64,000 nucleotides of DNA from Mobula hypostoma (lineage: Eukaryota), in the NCBI RefSeq assembly GCF_963921235.1, contig NC_086097.1, forward strand, positions 206,710,001 through 206,774,000, in the 5' to 3' direction. A program made the position numbers and the translations under genes. Positions 11,435 through 25,569 of this stretch are shown here, in pieces; position 1 is the first letter of the stretch; each line of letters opens with the position of its first letter. The notes under the pieces are model-generated. The model was not told where the DNA came from. It made no database searches and saw nothing but the letters and a program-made list of their open reading frames with translations.

Positions 11435-13990
11435 CAGAGAAACATAGAAAACCTACAGCACAATACAGGCCCTTCGGCCCACAAACTGTGCCGAACATGT
11501 CTTCACCTTTGAACTACCTAGGCTTACCCATAGCCCTCTATTTTTCTAAGCTCCATGTATTCATCCAGGAGACTCTTAAAAGACCCTATCATTTCCAACT
11601 CCACCACTCCCGCTGGCAGCCCATTCCATGCACTCACCACTCTCTATGTAAAAAAAAACCTCTGACATCTCTTCTGTACCTACTTCCAAGCACCTGAAAA
11701 CTATGCCCCTTGTGCTAGCCATTTCAGCCCTGGGAAAAAGCTTCTGACTATCCACACGCTCAATGCCTCTCATTATTTTGTACACCTCTCATCCTTAGTC
11801 GCTCCAAAGAGAAAAGGCCGAGTTCACTCAACCTATTCTCATAAAGCATGCTCCCCAATCAAGGTAACATCCTTGTAAATCTCCTCTGCTCCATTTCTAT
11901 AATTTCCACATCCTTCCTGTAGTGAGGCGACCAGAAATGAGCACAGTACTCCAAGTGGGGTCTGACTAGGGTCCTTTATAGCTGCAACATTACCTCTCAG
12001 CACTTAAACTCAATCCCACGAGTGATGAAGGCCAATGCACTGTATGCCTTCTTAACCACAGAGTCAAACTGCACAGCAGCTTTGAGTGTCCTATGGATTC
12101 GGACCCCAAGATCCCTCTGATCCTCCACACTGCCAAGAGTCTTGCAATTAATGCTATATTCTGCCATCATATTTGATCTAGCAAAATGAACCACTTCACA
12201 CTTATCTGGGTTGAACTCCAAATGCCACTCCTCAGCACAGTTTTGCAATCTATCAATGTCCTGCTGTAAATCTGACAGCCTTCCACACTATCCACAACCC
12301 TCCCAACCTTTGTGTCATCAGCAAATTTACTAAGCCATCCCTCCACTTCCTCATCCAGGTCATTTACAAAAATCACAAAGAGTAGGTGTCCCAGAACAGA
12401 TCCCTGAGGCACACCACTGGTCACTGACCTCCATGCAGAATAACAACCCATTTACAACCACTTTTTGCTTTCTGTGGGCAAGCCAGTTCTGGATCCACAA
12501 AGCAATGTCCCCTTGGATCCCATGCCTCCTTACTTTCTCTATAAGCCTTGCATGGGGTGCCTTATCAACTGCCTTGCTAAAATCCATATACACTACATCT
12601 ACGGCTCTACCTTCATCAGTGTGTTTAATCACATCCTCAGAAAATTCAGTCAGGCTCATATGGCACGACCTGCCTTTGACAAAGCCTTGCTGACTATTCG
12701 GAATCATATTATGCCTCTCCAAATGTTCATAAATCCTGCCTCTCAGGATCTTCTCCATCAACTTACCAACCACTGAATTAAGACTCACTGGTCTATAATT
12801 TCCTGGGCTCTCCCTACTCCCTTTTTTAAATAAGGGAACAACATCTGCAACCTTCCAATCCTCTGAACCTCTCCTGTCCTCATTGATGATGCAAAGATCA
12901 TCGCCAGAGGCTGAGCAATCTTCTCCCTCACATCCCACAGTAGCCTGGGGTACATCTTGCCTAGTCCCGGTGACTTATCCAAATTGATGCTTTCCAAAAG
13001 CTCCAGAATATCCTCTTCCTTAATATCTACATGCTCAAGCTTTTTCAGTCTGCTGTAAGTCATCCCTACAATCACCAAGATCCTTTTCCATAGTGAATAC
13101 TGAAGCAAAGTATTCATTAAGTACCTCTGCCCTCTTCTCTGGTTGCATACACACATTTGCACTGTCACACTTGATTGGTCCTATTCTCTCTCGTCTTATC
13201 CTCTTGCTCTTCACATACTTGTAGAATGCCTTGGGGTTTTCCTTAATCCTGTCCGCCAAGACCTTCTCATGGCCCCTTCTGGCTCTCCTAATTTCATTCT
13301 TAAGCTCCGTCCTGCTAGACTTATAATCTTCTAGATCTCCATCATTATCTAGTTTTTTTAACCTTTTGTAAGCTCTCCTTTTCTTGACTAGATTGATAAC
13401 AGCCTTTGTACACCATGGTTCCTATGCCCTATCATCCTTTCCCTGTCTCATTGGAACGTACCTACGCAGAACTCCACGCAAATATCCCCTGAACATTTGC
13501 CACATTTCTTCTGTAAGTTTCCCTGAGAACATCTGTTTCTAATTTATGTTTCCAAGTTCCTGCCCGATAGCCTCATATTTCTCCTTACTCCAATTAAACG
13601 TTTCCCTAACTTGTCTGTTCTTATCCCTCTCCAATGCTATGGTAAAGGAGACAGATTTGTGACCACTATCTCCAAAATGCTCTTGCACTGAGAGACCTGA
13701 CACCTGACATTCATTTCCCAATACCAGATCTCCTCTTGTAGGCTTATCTACAGATTGTGTCAAGAAACCTTCCTGAATACACCTAACAAACTCCACCTCA
13801 TCTAAGCCCCTCACTCTAGGGAGATGCCAATCAATATTTGGGAACTTATATTCTCCCACAACAACCCTGTTAATATTACTCCTTTACAGAATCTGTCTCC
13901 CTGTCTGCTCCTCGTTGTCCCTGTTACTTTTTGGTGGTCTATAAAAAACACCCAGTAGAGTTATTGACACATTCCTATTCCTAACTTCCA
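11435..13990 (-). mobile_element. CR1 LINE, most of ORF2 (EN C-terminus to 3' end), decayed
   Basis: ORFs 13539-13859, 12360-12938, 12167-12451 and 11997-12248(-): NYRPVSL, YMDFSKA, GVPQGSVLG, KFADDTK; tail AGAAACATAGAAA at about 11437. Confidence 0.95.
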
Positions 13991-14399
13991 CACACAATTC
14001 TACAATTTCTTGCAGTCTTGGACCATCAGAGCAGTTGCTATAACAAGACAGTATCAGATACTTTCTATAGTGCTTCTAGTCATTGGGTACATTTCCTTCA
14101 CCGTTTAAGGAATTTGAGATATTCATGCACATTCTTGGCAGAGCATCTACATGGTTGGACTAGGAAAACTGTTGTTTGTATTTACACCTAGGAACTCAGC
14201 CCTGCTTCCTGAAGAATGACCAACTTCTTTGTTGTGCTGACACTTAGGGAAAGGTTATTGTCTTGATATCATGCCATTTTATTCTGTCTCCCTCCCATAC
14301 TTTCATACCCACTAATATTACTGCATCTAACAATTAGATCAAAGTAATATCACATGGCCCAATTTATTAGCAACTCCATTCCAAAGAAATCAACACCAG

Positions 14400-15210
14400 T
14401 CTATCTAATCATTTCCCATTGCTAAATGTTTCCAGTCCTGGTCACATCATCACATATCTCTTCTGAACACAGTTACATTGATCCCACCACTGTTGACTGA
14501 AAATGTGCAAAATACTCAAATTGTGGGCTAACCAGCAATGTGTATAATTCCAACTTAAATTCCTTGCTCTAATATACAATGCATTAGTTAATAAAAGAAA
14601 GCATCCCTTTAAAATCTATTCTCTTGCCTATGCATCACCATAAATGCATGACCTCACACTTCTCTGGATTTAATTCCATTTTCTACTTTCTGCTCAATTC
14701 ACTTGACCACCTAGATTACCATGAAGCTTTCTCCCTCTCTGTCAAGCACAAAATCAATTTTGGATCATGCACTATATTCTTTATTATGCCTCCTAAATTT
14801 AAGGTCGTGTAATTCAAATGTACAACAAAATGGAAGAGACCCAGCAATGAAGACTGATTTATCAATAACAAAAACAAAGAGCCATTAATTGTTACTTTCT
14901 GCTTCCTTCCATTTCTGGAGCCATTTATCACTCTCTCTTTGGTCCCATGTGCCCAAACATTTATATAAAAAGAACTGCCTATCAAGTCGAATCCTGTCAA
15001 AAGCTTTGTGGAAATCCATATAGACTGTACTGAATGCACTACTCTTCTTAGCTCTTCAAACAAATCAATCAAGTTGATCAGGCCTGAGCTTCCCATTAAA
15101 AAAAAGACATGTGGCTTGACCCTCAGAATTGATTCCAATAGATTACTGATTCAAGTTAAATTAACTAGCTTTAATTTGCATGATTTATCCCTTCTGCTCT
15201 TTTTGAACAT
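14400..15210 (-). mobile_element. Old CR1 RT remnant
   Basis: Degenerate RT-like peptide in ORF 14716-15138(-) (LINLIDLFEE, GRKQKVTING). Confidence 0.65.
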
Positions 15211-15362
15211 AAGACCATAAAACATATGAGCAGAATTAGGCCAATCAGACCATTGGGTTTGTTCTCCATCTGATTTAATTTCTTTCTCAACCCTAATTTC
15301 TGCCCATAACTTTTGATGCCCATACTAATCTAAAACTTATCAACCTCAGCTATATCCAAGAT

Positions 15363-15539
15363 TGTGGTGTTATGACGTGTCAGAACGTGATTGGAAAGAG
15401 TTCTGAGCATGCGGAGAAATGGTAGAATGATCTGGAACATGGCTTGGTAAAAACGTGGTTTGGCTTTGCGCTGTAAATAAAAGTTCTAATTATCCCAGAA
15501 TATGATTCTTTATTGTCAACCCATGGTATGTATAAAACA
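15363..15539 (+). mobile_element. Probable solo LTR inserted in a CR1 3' end
   Basis: TG...CA termini, internal AATAAA (15476-15481), CpG-richer than flanks; interrupts a CR1 3'UTR that resumes as ATGACTTGGCC; TSD imperfect. Confidence 0.5.
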
Positions 15540-15735
15540 ATGACTTGGCCAATAGTATTTCAATATTAGCAACTCCCTGACTGTCTCCTTCCACACCTAT
15601 AGCCAAGCATGATCAGAACTGTAGGATATATCTGCTATAACCTTTGTGATATACAAGTCTCTTTTGTATGATGCCTGGATTATATGGGTCTTAGGTTAAG
15701 GAGCTGTGTAAATAAATTACAGCATATATTCTTAC

Positions 15736-15804
15736 TTCCGAAATAACTACTCATCTTTCTTCATGTCCAGAAGAACCAGTAAGCATCCCAAAGACTTCTG
15801 CATC
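15736..15804 (-). other. Candidate 69-nt exon of a minus-strand host transcript
   Basis: Upstream pyrimidine tract, ATACAG| acceptor and GAA|GTAAGA donor in unique sequence; stops occur in all three frames, so UTR-like or start-containing (ATG AGT AGT TAT TTC GGA). Confidence 0.3.
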
Positions 15805-18248
15805 CTGTATATTTCAGTGGCAACAAGTGAAATGGAGAAGGTAGGATGCAAAAGAAAAGAGATAGTAATAAGCTCTTTGATGATAATTATAATGATATAA
15901 TAATTAACATGATTTCAACAAAGAAAACTACAAGCAATGAAATATAATAAGCAATCTCCAAAACCTAATATTTTTCACAAAATTAAGCTTTTGTTGCCAG
16001 CAACAACATGATTCAGAAAACATCACAATTTAATCAGTCACAATTCACACCACCTATTGTTTCTGAACTGTGATGGTATTGGCAGATGTCTTTTAGCCTA
16101 AATTATAAAAGAAAACTAGTCATAAACAAGTTAATGATAAAGGAATTATTCTTGTAGAGCTAATGCTCTAAAGCTGAGACAAAGTCCCTCACCATCATTG
16201 AAAAAATTGTTGTGTATTGCTGTTACATTTTTAGAAACTAATTTACAAAACTGAATTGATAAGAAACATCAAAATGAGATTTAAATTCTTAAGTACAACT
16301 CCTTTGCTTTATATAAAGAACTAATTTTGCTTGTGGCTGCTGCAATGCAATGTTAAACTGAATGTAATTACAGTAAAAAAATAACTGGCTTAAAGAAACT
16401 GCAAGAAAATTAAGTGCACAATTGAATCTCACCAATGGATGCATGAGCATCATGTTACCAGCAGCTGACGATGGGTAGACTGATAAGCTGCTTATTCCCA
16501 ACAATAATATGGAGCTTTTCATCGAACTTCATCAGTTCTCATAACAAGGTTAATGAATAATGGGATTTTAAAATTATTGATAAGAAAATAAAATTATTTA
16601 AATTAATTTGAAACTCTGGAAAACAACAGCAGCATCTTTTTAGTGCAGTTTCTGACTAGCAGAAAATTGTATTGTATTGTATTTTAACCACAATTCTTCA
16701 GTAGGATCATAAACCATCAGACAGAACACAATTATAAGCCACTAACTATTATTGGCCCCATGCCCTTGAATCTGACATAGACATCTGTTCTAAAAATATA
16801 ATTTCCTGTAAAATTTAGCTCACTGCAGCTGGCTCAATTTAAGAAGAGATACAAACAGCCAAATGTTTTCAAATGAACAGTGTGATAAACAGGAGCAGAC
16901 ACTGATAGAAACTCTTTCAACAGCATTCACTTTGTTCTTTACTTTTGCCTACAATCAAACATTTAACAAACTTAAACAAGACATCCACTGATTTCCTTTG
17001 GACAGATGCTTGATAAAAGGTACTGTGTAGGGTAGATGCAAGTTTTGAATGTGTCTTGTCATTACCCCATTCTCCGAAATTCAATACTTGTGATTGGTCA
17101 TAATATAAAAATAAACTAATATTCCAATTATTTTTTTCTGGTTCTGATGTTTTCATGTTACTTAGTCCTGATTTATCAGTCATCACATTTTCTGAGTTTA
17201 TTTTTATTATGGCTGATCTTTACCAAGCTGTCAAATATTATATATTCCTCATGCTTAATTGAATATACTTATTAAATGCAGTAAATTAAGCCTTCCAATT
17301 TTAGAGCCAAATGTGAACAGATGCACTAATTAACCCCCAAAAGATGGCTACCGTTAAAGCTGATAAGCCTGTGAATACTGCCACACTGCAGTTCAGACAT
17401 GATATGTGGAGTTATTTTTTTCCTGTTTGGCAGATTACTTTGATTTGTCCAGACTAATAGTTAGCACCGACATAAGAAAATTAGCTGTAACAGTTAGCCA
17501 AACACATGTCTATGGAGGAGGAGGATGAGATGTTAAGGATTATTCCATTAAATACGTCAACCCCTTTTTCATATTGTACTTATTTAGTAATCAAGGCTGA
17601 TTTTCTCTCCTTGGAATTTTGGTGACAGGCTTTGATTGCTGATACACAGATCAGGAAATTATAGGTTGCATTCATAACTATCCATCCATTTTTATTGATA
17701 TTAGAAGATTATTATTTGAGTTATTGTTTAGATACAGTAAATAGGGTCTTTACCTGCATTGGGATACAAATAAAGGACAATACCCAATGACTTCCCAGTC
17801 TGGTAGTAAAACATTGACAAGGTTTGCATCCCTAATGTATTCTCTATGAACCTCATTCCCAGCTGGGAGTGTACTTAGGCAGAATTGTATCTGTGGATGG
17901 TTAGACTTCAGAAGTTCCATACCACTGAGTTCGTATCAACAATTATCAGAACAATATTAGTTGAGATGAACAGAATTGATCTTAGCAATCACAGCTTAAG
18001 TTATAAGGTACTTTTAGGAAAGGGTAGACATTGAAATGAATGCCTCAATCATAAAAACTGACTTAAAGAATTTAGATAACTAAAGACATTCAAAAACCAA
18101 AGAGTTAGAATTTGATATGTTAGGAAAGATAAATAGTAATTTAGCACAATGACCTATATAATATGTTATAAATTAAGTTAAAAGACAAGTAGCCACCACT
18201 TGGAGTGAAAATGAGAGATATAACAAATGGTGATTCTGCAATTCAGTG

Positions 18249-18390
18249 ACACGAGATTCTGCAGGTGCTGGAAATTGAGAACAACACACATAGAATGCTG
18301 GAGGAACTCAGCAGGAAATGCTGACTGTTTCTTTCTCTCCATAGGTGCTGCCTCTCCCACTGAGTTCCTCCAGAACTTTGTGTGTATTTC
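18249..18390 (-). mobile_element. Penelope-derived short palindromic insert
   Basis: 14-bp TSD TCTGCAATTCAGTG at 18235-18248 and 18391-18404; inverted arms CTGGAGGAACTCAG / CTGAGTTCCTCCAG. Confidence 0.8.
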
Positions 18391-19374
18391 TCTGCAATTC
18401 AGTGCTGACATTTGATACCAATACCAGTAGTAATGGGAAATTAAGGATATTTTGCATGTGCTTATTCAGAGGTTAGATTCAATGGCCAGAGTTATTCTAG
18501 GTTGACACTAAGATTTCTCAAAATGTATTTCCCATGAGTACATCTCCTCATGGTACAGGCGGACTGATTGTGCAAGTAAGTGCCCATATTTCCAAATCGA
18601 ACCATCAACATTTACATGTTTAAACTGAAGCAAGTCTATAGTCAGAAGCAGATGTCCCAAACTCATTGAACATTATTGAGTACCATATTTGTAAAAATGC
18701 TTTGCCACTGAACTCTGCATAGAATCAATCTATCCAGCTGAAATTACCTAGAAATAATTTTGGGGAATTTGCTTTTGAAACCTGTACCAGACATTCTTAA
18801 GACACGGTCTTTTTCAAAAGGATTATTTTGATGTTGTTGAATGTTTTTAGTAATTTTGGCTTAATTTATTTATTTTTAATTTTTTCAAAAAGTAGTGGTT
18901 TTAATAAACGTATTTAAACAGTTTTTGAATATGTCTGAATGACAAGCATATTTAAGGACCCTCACAAATTTCTTGTGCGTTCTTGATTGCTAAAACTTCC
19001 ATGTGCATTGTAGGGGTAGGTCTTCAATGTACCACTTAAGCTCTGTTGATACTGAAGTCTCACTGCCTGTGGATAGGACATTGCAGACAGTAAAGGAGCC
19101 TCATATCCAGATCAGGTAGATTTGATACTGGGTTGGCCAAAGGTGGTGATTCTGAGTCTGTGGTAGCAGAATCTGACTGCTAATATGTTTGAATGATTGT
19201 ATTTACCCAACTCATCATTGCAAAGTTCTACAAAATCATAAAGCTGCACTTGTTGGAAATCTGAAATAAAAAATGGAAAAGCTAGAGATACCCCACTGCG
19301 AGAAATGAGCATTGGGAAGGCAAACTGGGGCAAAGCTCCCCCCCCCCAACAGTACTTGCCTAAAAGTAAATATA

Positions 19375-20012
19375 TGGGTCCCTCAATGTCGCTGTGGAGT
19401 TTGATAGGGTTGTTACAAAGGCATATGATAAGCAGGTCTTCATTAGCTGGGGGATTGAGTTCAAAATCTCTGAGGTAATGTTGTCTTTGGTTAGACCACA
19501 CTTAAGGTATTGTGCTCAGTCTGGTCACCTAATTACAGGAAGGATGTGGAAGCTTGAGAGGGAGTGCAGAGATTTACCATGATGCTGCCTGGATTACAGA
19601 ACATGTCTTATGAGAGAAGGTTAAGTGAGCTAGGGCTTTTCTCTTTGAAGCGACAAAGGGTAAGAGGTGACATGAATGATTATGAGAAGCATAGATAGAG
19701 TGAACAACCAGCACCTTTATTTTGCAGAGCAGCAAAGGCCAAAATCAGAGGAGGACTATTTAAGGTGAGTGGAGCAAAGTTTAGGGGAGATATCAGAGGT
19801 GGGTTTTTACACAGAGTGCAATGGTTCCCTGGAACACACTGCCAAGGATGGTGGTGGAGACTGATACAAGAGGCTTTCTAATGGGCACATAGATGTTAGA
19901 ACAATGGAGGCTTATGGGCTGTGTAGGCAGGAAGAATTAGATTGATTGAGGACTAGGTTTATTTTGGTTGCACAACATCAGGGCCAAAGAGACCACACTG
20001 TGCTGTACTGTT
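19375..20012 (+). mobile_element. CR1 3' fragment
   Basis: ORF 19394-19582 VVTKAY..GIEFK..LVRPHLRYCAQ; CR1 3'UTR ending in CTGTGCTGTACTGTT. Confidence 0.85.
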
Positions 20013-23000
20013 TTATACTTTATAAGAGGGTGCACATTCATAACAAGTTGTTTGGACACACATGTGAATTTGAAGCCCTACAGAAATCCAGGTTCAACAG
20101 CTTCAGGCTTCAGCTCATCAGAACTTATAGAATTGCTGGATGATTGTAGGAGACAGGAAGATGGTGCCAATACGTGGTGACACTTTGCACGCAGTTCCGA
20201 TGGGAATCATCAGATATTCTCAGGTAGGTCTACTACAGCTGATATCCACAGTCACAGCCACAGGTACTTCAGTAAGCAGCATCATTTTAAGATGTTTAAT
20301 TGATCCTCAAGATCAGTGGATCGCAGATAACAGACCTAGGGTCATGAGTGTAGTTTCTATTTAAGAGAAAAGAAGTTAAGAACGCCGGCCAGTTTGCAGG
20401 TACGATTGAAATGCAGGGGCCTCCTGCGATGTACCCCACGAAAGGCATTTACATATTAATTTCCCCAAATGTAGTGAATACAGCATCAATACTTTACAAG
20501 TCCATCTAGTTAGATATTATTTTCTTTATAAAAATATTGTTATGCCTTCAAAGAACCACATTTAGCTTGAAATTCAGAATTACAACAAGTAATAAAAGAG
20601 TAAAAATTTACACGCGAAGTGTCAGAAATTGGTACAACAGGTGCTGTGGCAAGAAGTAGTGGGGAGAACTGATTAACTATGGATAATCCTATAAGATAAA
20701 GCATTCGCTTACAACACCTTCCAGCACTGCTGTCATAGCCTGTGATTTTACATCTTCCAGGGTTATCAACCCAGTTACAAATTTTGAAAGCTTTTATGTA
20801 TTCATTTCTAAACTGCCCCCTCCTGTAAGCTCTCAGTGTCATTACAATCTTGCACCTTATTGTTCACTTGCACTGTACATTTTCTGTAGCTATTACATTT
20901 TAGTCCGCATTCTATTATTGCTTTACCTTGTTCTTCCTTAGTGCACTATGTAATGATTTGACCTGCATGAACAGTATGCAAGACAAGCTTTTCACTGTAT
21001 CTTGGTACAGGCGAAAATAAACCAGTCTCATTCCATTCCACACCTCATGTTTGCAAGCCGTTAAAACTAAATTCAGGATCAAGCTGTTAGAGCTTTCCAT
21101 TTTTTAAAAAGGTCTTTGAAGTCAAATAGCACCATGATCTTTCAGAAAGAGTGGATTTTGATTTTGTCAATGATGAACTTACTGAAGAAACGCATATAAA
21201 ATACTGGAGAAGGGTCTCAGCAGGTTTGGCAGAATCTATGGAAAGGAATAAGCAGTTGATGTTCTGAGCTTACTAATATCAGTGGAGCACTTGCAAGCTT
21301 ACAATGACTATTAATTGCGGAGAAGGCCAGATTTTCCATTCGGAATAGCAATATATTACAGTAAAGTTGTCTTTTCCATAGGTCGCCACAGAGGCCACTA
21401 ACTCATTCAAAATATAACTTTTTTGAAGAATTAATACACATTTCTGTGTTACTTTTGAGTAATTTATAAAGAACCACCGAGGATGATTGAATTAATGGAA
21501 TTCAGAGGAGAAGGGAGCCTAAACATCCTGAACATCCTGATCCCCATCTGAGAGAGCACCTGATAAACATATTTTGCAGCAAAGGAAACTCATTCTTTAG
21601 TTCATTACAAAGTTAGCAGTGTGCCAGTATTTTAAAAGCTATGAAAATAGTTCCTTGCTATGTGCAATCGAATGCAAAAATTTGAATGTTGTTAATGCTA
21701 TTGCACATATATCCACAAAAATGACTTATTTTGTATGGTTTCATCTGCAATGTATCTTTCTCTGCCCAGCCAGGAAATCTGAAAATGTTCAGCTGTGAGA
21801 ACTGTTCTTCTGAAACTGCTGTGCCCAAAGTATTAGAACTTACTCTGTGTGATCTCCATGACATTGGTCTTGATTTAAATGCTTAATGCCGCGTCTATCC
21901 ATTTAGATATTCTTCATTCGTTTAAACTTTTAACACTCTGAGCTTAGAGCTATGATATTTATACAAGCTAGAACTCTTGCTGAATAATTACTAGTTGTAA
22001 TGGTGGAGAATGGAGGCACGGACTGTAAAATTATACACTTTAAAGAAAATTACCCTCATTACTGTGCACTTCACAGAAAAGGCATCCATTGAAATGAATT
22101 GGGGGAATGCTGGACTTTTGAAAACCTATGTATTTGAAAGGGGTAGACACTTAAGTGGAGTGAAATGAACAAGGCTGATACTGATGGATACTTGGCTGTC
22201 GCACTTTGCTCCCCTGTACTGTGTTCCGCCTCTCAACCAAAAAGAAATTACCACGGTAAGTAATTCATGTGCACTGCAATAGACAAAGCCATGAACAATT
22301 TCTATAAATATAGACTAGTGCACTCAATATCATGGTCCCTGATATGCAAATCAAAAATATTCATCATAATTCTGTGCTAACAATATTCTTATCTAATTTT
22401 TCACAATTTATGATGTTAATGTTTTAAAAGGCTAATGTTGAGGTTTATCAACATTTAAGATCTCATCAAACTTATCTGCCTATCTTAGAGAAACATTTTG
22501 CAGTAGAATTAATACTAAGGCAGAATTTCGGCAGTATTTACAGAAATTACTCTGAATGTCATTAAAAACAGAGATCAGAAAATTTCCATATTCTTCCAAA
22601 GACTGCTTAGCTCAGCTTTAAAATACACATGAAGATGCAAGATAGAAACCTCCTAAATGGACACAAAAATATCAAGTTTTATGTATTCAAGTGTAAATGA
22701 ATGTTTAAGGCTAAATGGCTTACTGCCAAACAATGTTTCTGACACTGAAAATAACTCTTGAATGTGTTGAGTCTCATTCCTTCAATAATAATTGCATGAA
22801 ATTAAGAAAAATGTATGTTTTTAATTACATTTTTTTCTATTTTTATAATTCATTCTTTCTATCAGTCTTTTTACATTCTGTGGGTGACTTGGTAGCACAC
22901 TTCCTTAAGTGAAGGGTTGTGGGTCAGCTAAACTTGGAACAAGAACATAGAAATCTCAGAATACTCCCTCAGGAAACAAGATCCCTCTGCTTATCAGTGG

Positions 23001-23029
23001 TCTCTAAGATTGCCATTCATAGTTTCTGT

Positions 23030-25150
23030 GCTAACTGAATTACTACTCCCAAAATGAATCATTTCACATTTATAGGGACTGAACTCTATCTGCCATTTAC
23101 TGGCCCATTTCGCCAACGCATTGATATTGCTCTACAGCTTGAGACAATCCTTTACACTATCCAAGACTGTACGATTTTTATGTCATCTGTGAATTTACTG
23201 ATCATGTCTCTGCATCGATATCCAATTTATTCATATGTATTACAGACACAGAAGACTCCCGCACAGATTCCTGAGGAACACCATTAGTAACAGGCAACCA
23301 ATCATTCAAAGAATCTTTTGCCATCCCCCTTTGTCTCCTATTGCCAAGCAAATTTTGGATCCAATTTGCCAAATGAATCTTGAACCCACAGTCCCATAAC
23401 CTATTGGATCAATCACCCTTATGGGAGTGTATCAAAGGTTTTACTGAAGTCAAATATAAGCCATATTTAATTCACCTGTTTGTTATTTCAAATAATACAA
23501 TCAAGATCAGCTTTTGACAATGCCACATTTTTAAAAATAATTTCTTATATCCTGTTGTTGCAAGAGATCATTAACATGGGCCCTCACTCAGCATTTCCTC
23601 CAATTATTTAATCTACTACTGATGTTTTGCTCACATGATCCATAATTACAAGGCTTTTTTTCCTGTTGCCCTTCTTGAAAAAGACCACATTTGCTGATAT
23701 TGGGTTAACAGGGATCTCACAGGTATTCATCTAAGATTTAAAATTCTGAGCTGAAGTCCCAGAAATTTCTTCCCTTGCATCCCACAGCAGCCGGGATGAA
23801 TCGTATGTAGCCTTGGGCATTTATAAAATGTTAGGCCTGCTCAGGTTCTGAATGCTCCCTCATTATTTGTTGGGACTTAGAAAGAACATAGAACAGTACA
23901 GCACAGTATAATACAGACTTGTACTAGACTTTCACTTCCCTTTTGCTAAGTTCCCAAATGACAAAGCCCATTTCCTTAGTAAACATGAATGAAAAATATT
24001 CAATTAGAACCATTCCTGTTCTCTCTGGCCATACACAGTTTGCCCCCAATGCCCCTACTCTTCCTTGCTTATTGTTTAAACTTATCAAACACCTTGAGGT
24101 AAACCTTAATCCTATTTAGTTATGATATTTCATGACTCCTTTTGCCTTCCTAATTTCATTTACAAGAACCTCACTAAACCTTTAGTGCACCTTTCTAGCC
24201 TTGCTTTCTTTAGTTCCCTTTAACTGCAACATGTTTCCTTTTTTTTTCATTATCCAATCCTCAATACATTTGGAAATCCATAGTTATGTGAATTTTGTTA
24301 CCCCTGGTTTTTACCCTAACTGGATTACATTGGCCTTGAACTCTTGCTATTTCTCTTTTGAATGTTTCCACTGTGCACATGTTGACTTGCCTGCAAGTAA
24401 ACGTTCCTTGTCAACAAAAGCCAAGTCCTATATTATTCCAATGAAATTGGCTTTCCCTTAATTTAAGGTGTATATTCCCTCCACTTGATCAGCTTCAATC
24501 CTCAAGATAAGGCTCAGAAATGTTCCCTCCCTCACTAGTCTGTCTACTTACTTATGGGTTTGAATCCTTGCATTAAAATAGCTAACTCAGCTTTGAATTT
24601 CCCTGATGAACACTTACCCCTTGCTCCTCCCTACTGAGCTTACTATTTCTCCTCTGGGTGATTGTTTCCTCTCCCTCCGAGTATTACTCTGAGCCCCATT
24701 TTCCTGCCGACTCAGTTTAGTCCTTTCCCAGCACTACTAGTAAACCTCACCATAAATATATTGGTTCCTTTCTGGTTAAGGTGTAACCTGTCCTGCATGT
24801 ACAAATCCAAGTATTCCCAATGATCCAAGGATCTAAAGGCATGCACTAATCTGATGTTCCCTTCTATTCTTGTACTCACCAGCTTGTGGCACTGAAAGAA
24901 TCCATACATTACAGCTTTTGCGGTTCTGCAATTTAAAAGGCTGCCCTTAAGTTCTCGTTACAAGATTTTTTTTAATTCTCTTACCTATGTCATTGGTAAT
25001 GTCATACATCCTCCCCCTTCCAAATGTTCTGCAGTCATTCCAAGGCATCCCTGATCCTAGTGTTTCTTTTGTGGCCATAATAACAACTCTCTATCCCTGT
25101 CACAAGAGAATTTCCTACAACCATTATTCTTCCAGTTCTGTTCCCTCCCT
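23030..25150 (-). mobile_element. Old, heavily decayed CR1 (ORF1 esterase end plus ORF2 remnants)
   Basis: ORF 24712-24909(-) LYMQDRLHLNQKGTNI..GKGLN resembles the CR1 ORF1 SGNH-esterase C-terminus; RT remnants at 23050-23800. Confidence 0.7.
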
Positions 25151-25569
25151 TCTATGCCAAGCACCCACCTTGATCTGAACTGTACACATCATGTGAATTG
25201 CACATGTATTTCTCCAATTTGCAACCTCAAAAGCAGTTCAGCATTAGAAACGTCCATTTCATATCTATCCATGAGAAATAAATCAACTTGGGAAACGAGG
25301 ACTATGGATAACTTTTCACATCTTATAGCTTTGTATAAAACCTTAGAAAATCAATGTATTATTTAAAGACAAGAAACATTTGCTTTTCCAGTTATTGCTC
25401 TTTTGTCAAAGCCTGTAGAAATTCTAGACTCCTGACTTAACCTCCCTGACAAGGCAAAGGGAAGCTTGATTCAAAACCAAAGCTGAGTTTATTGTCATAT
25501 GCACATGTATGCACAGGTGCATTGAAAAACTTACATGTAGCAGCATCCCAGGCACATTGTATCAGATGC

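Noticed and set aside
15736..15804. Resemblance of MLTGSSGHEER / MSS to the SOX5 N-terminus, or of MSSYF to Hox N-termini
   Set aside because: Only a few residues match, the frames and exon structure do not fit, and no downstream coding sequence supports either
16289..16522. Signal-peptide-like ORF MKSSILLLGISSLSVYPSSAAG followed by a GTGAGA donor
   Set aside because: Weak hydrophobic core, no recognisable homology, and splicing to the next candidate exon gives an early stop
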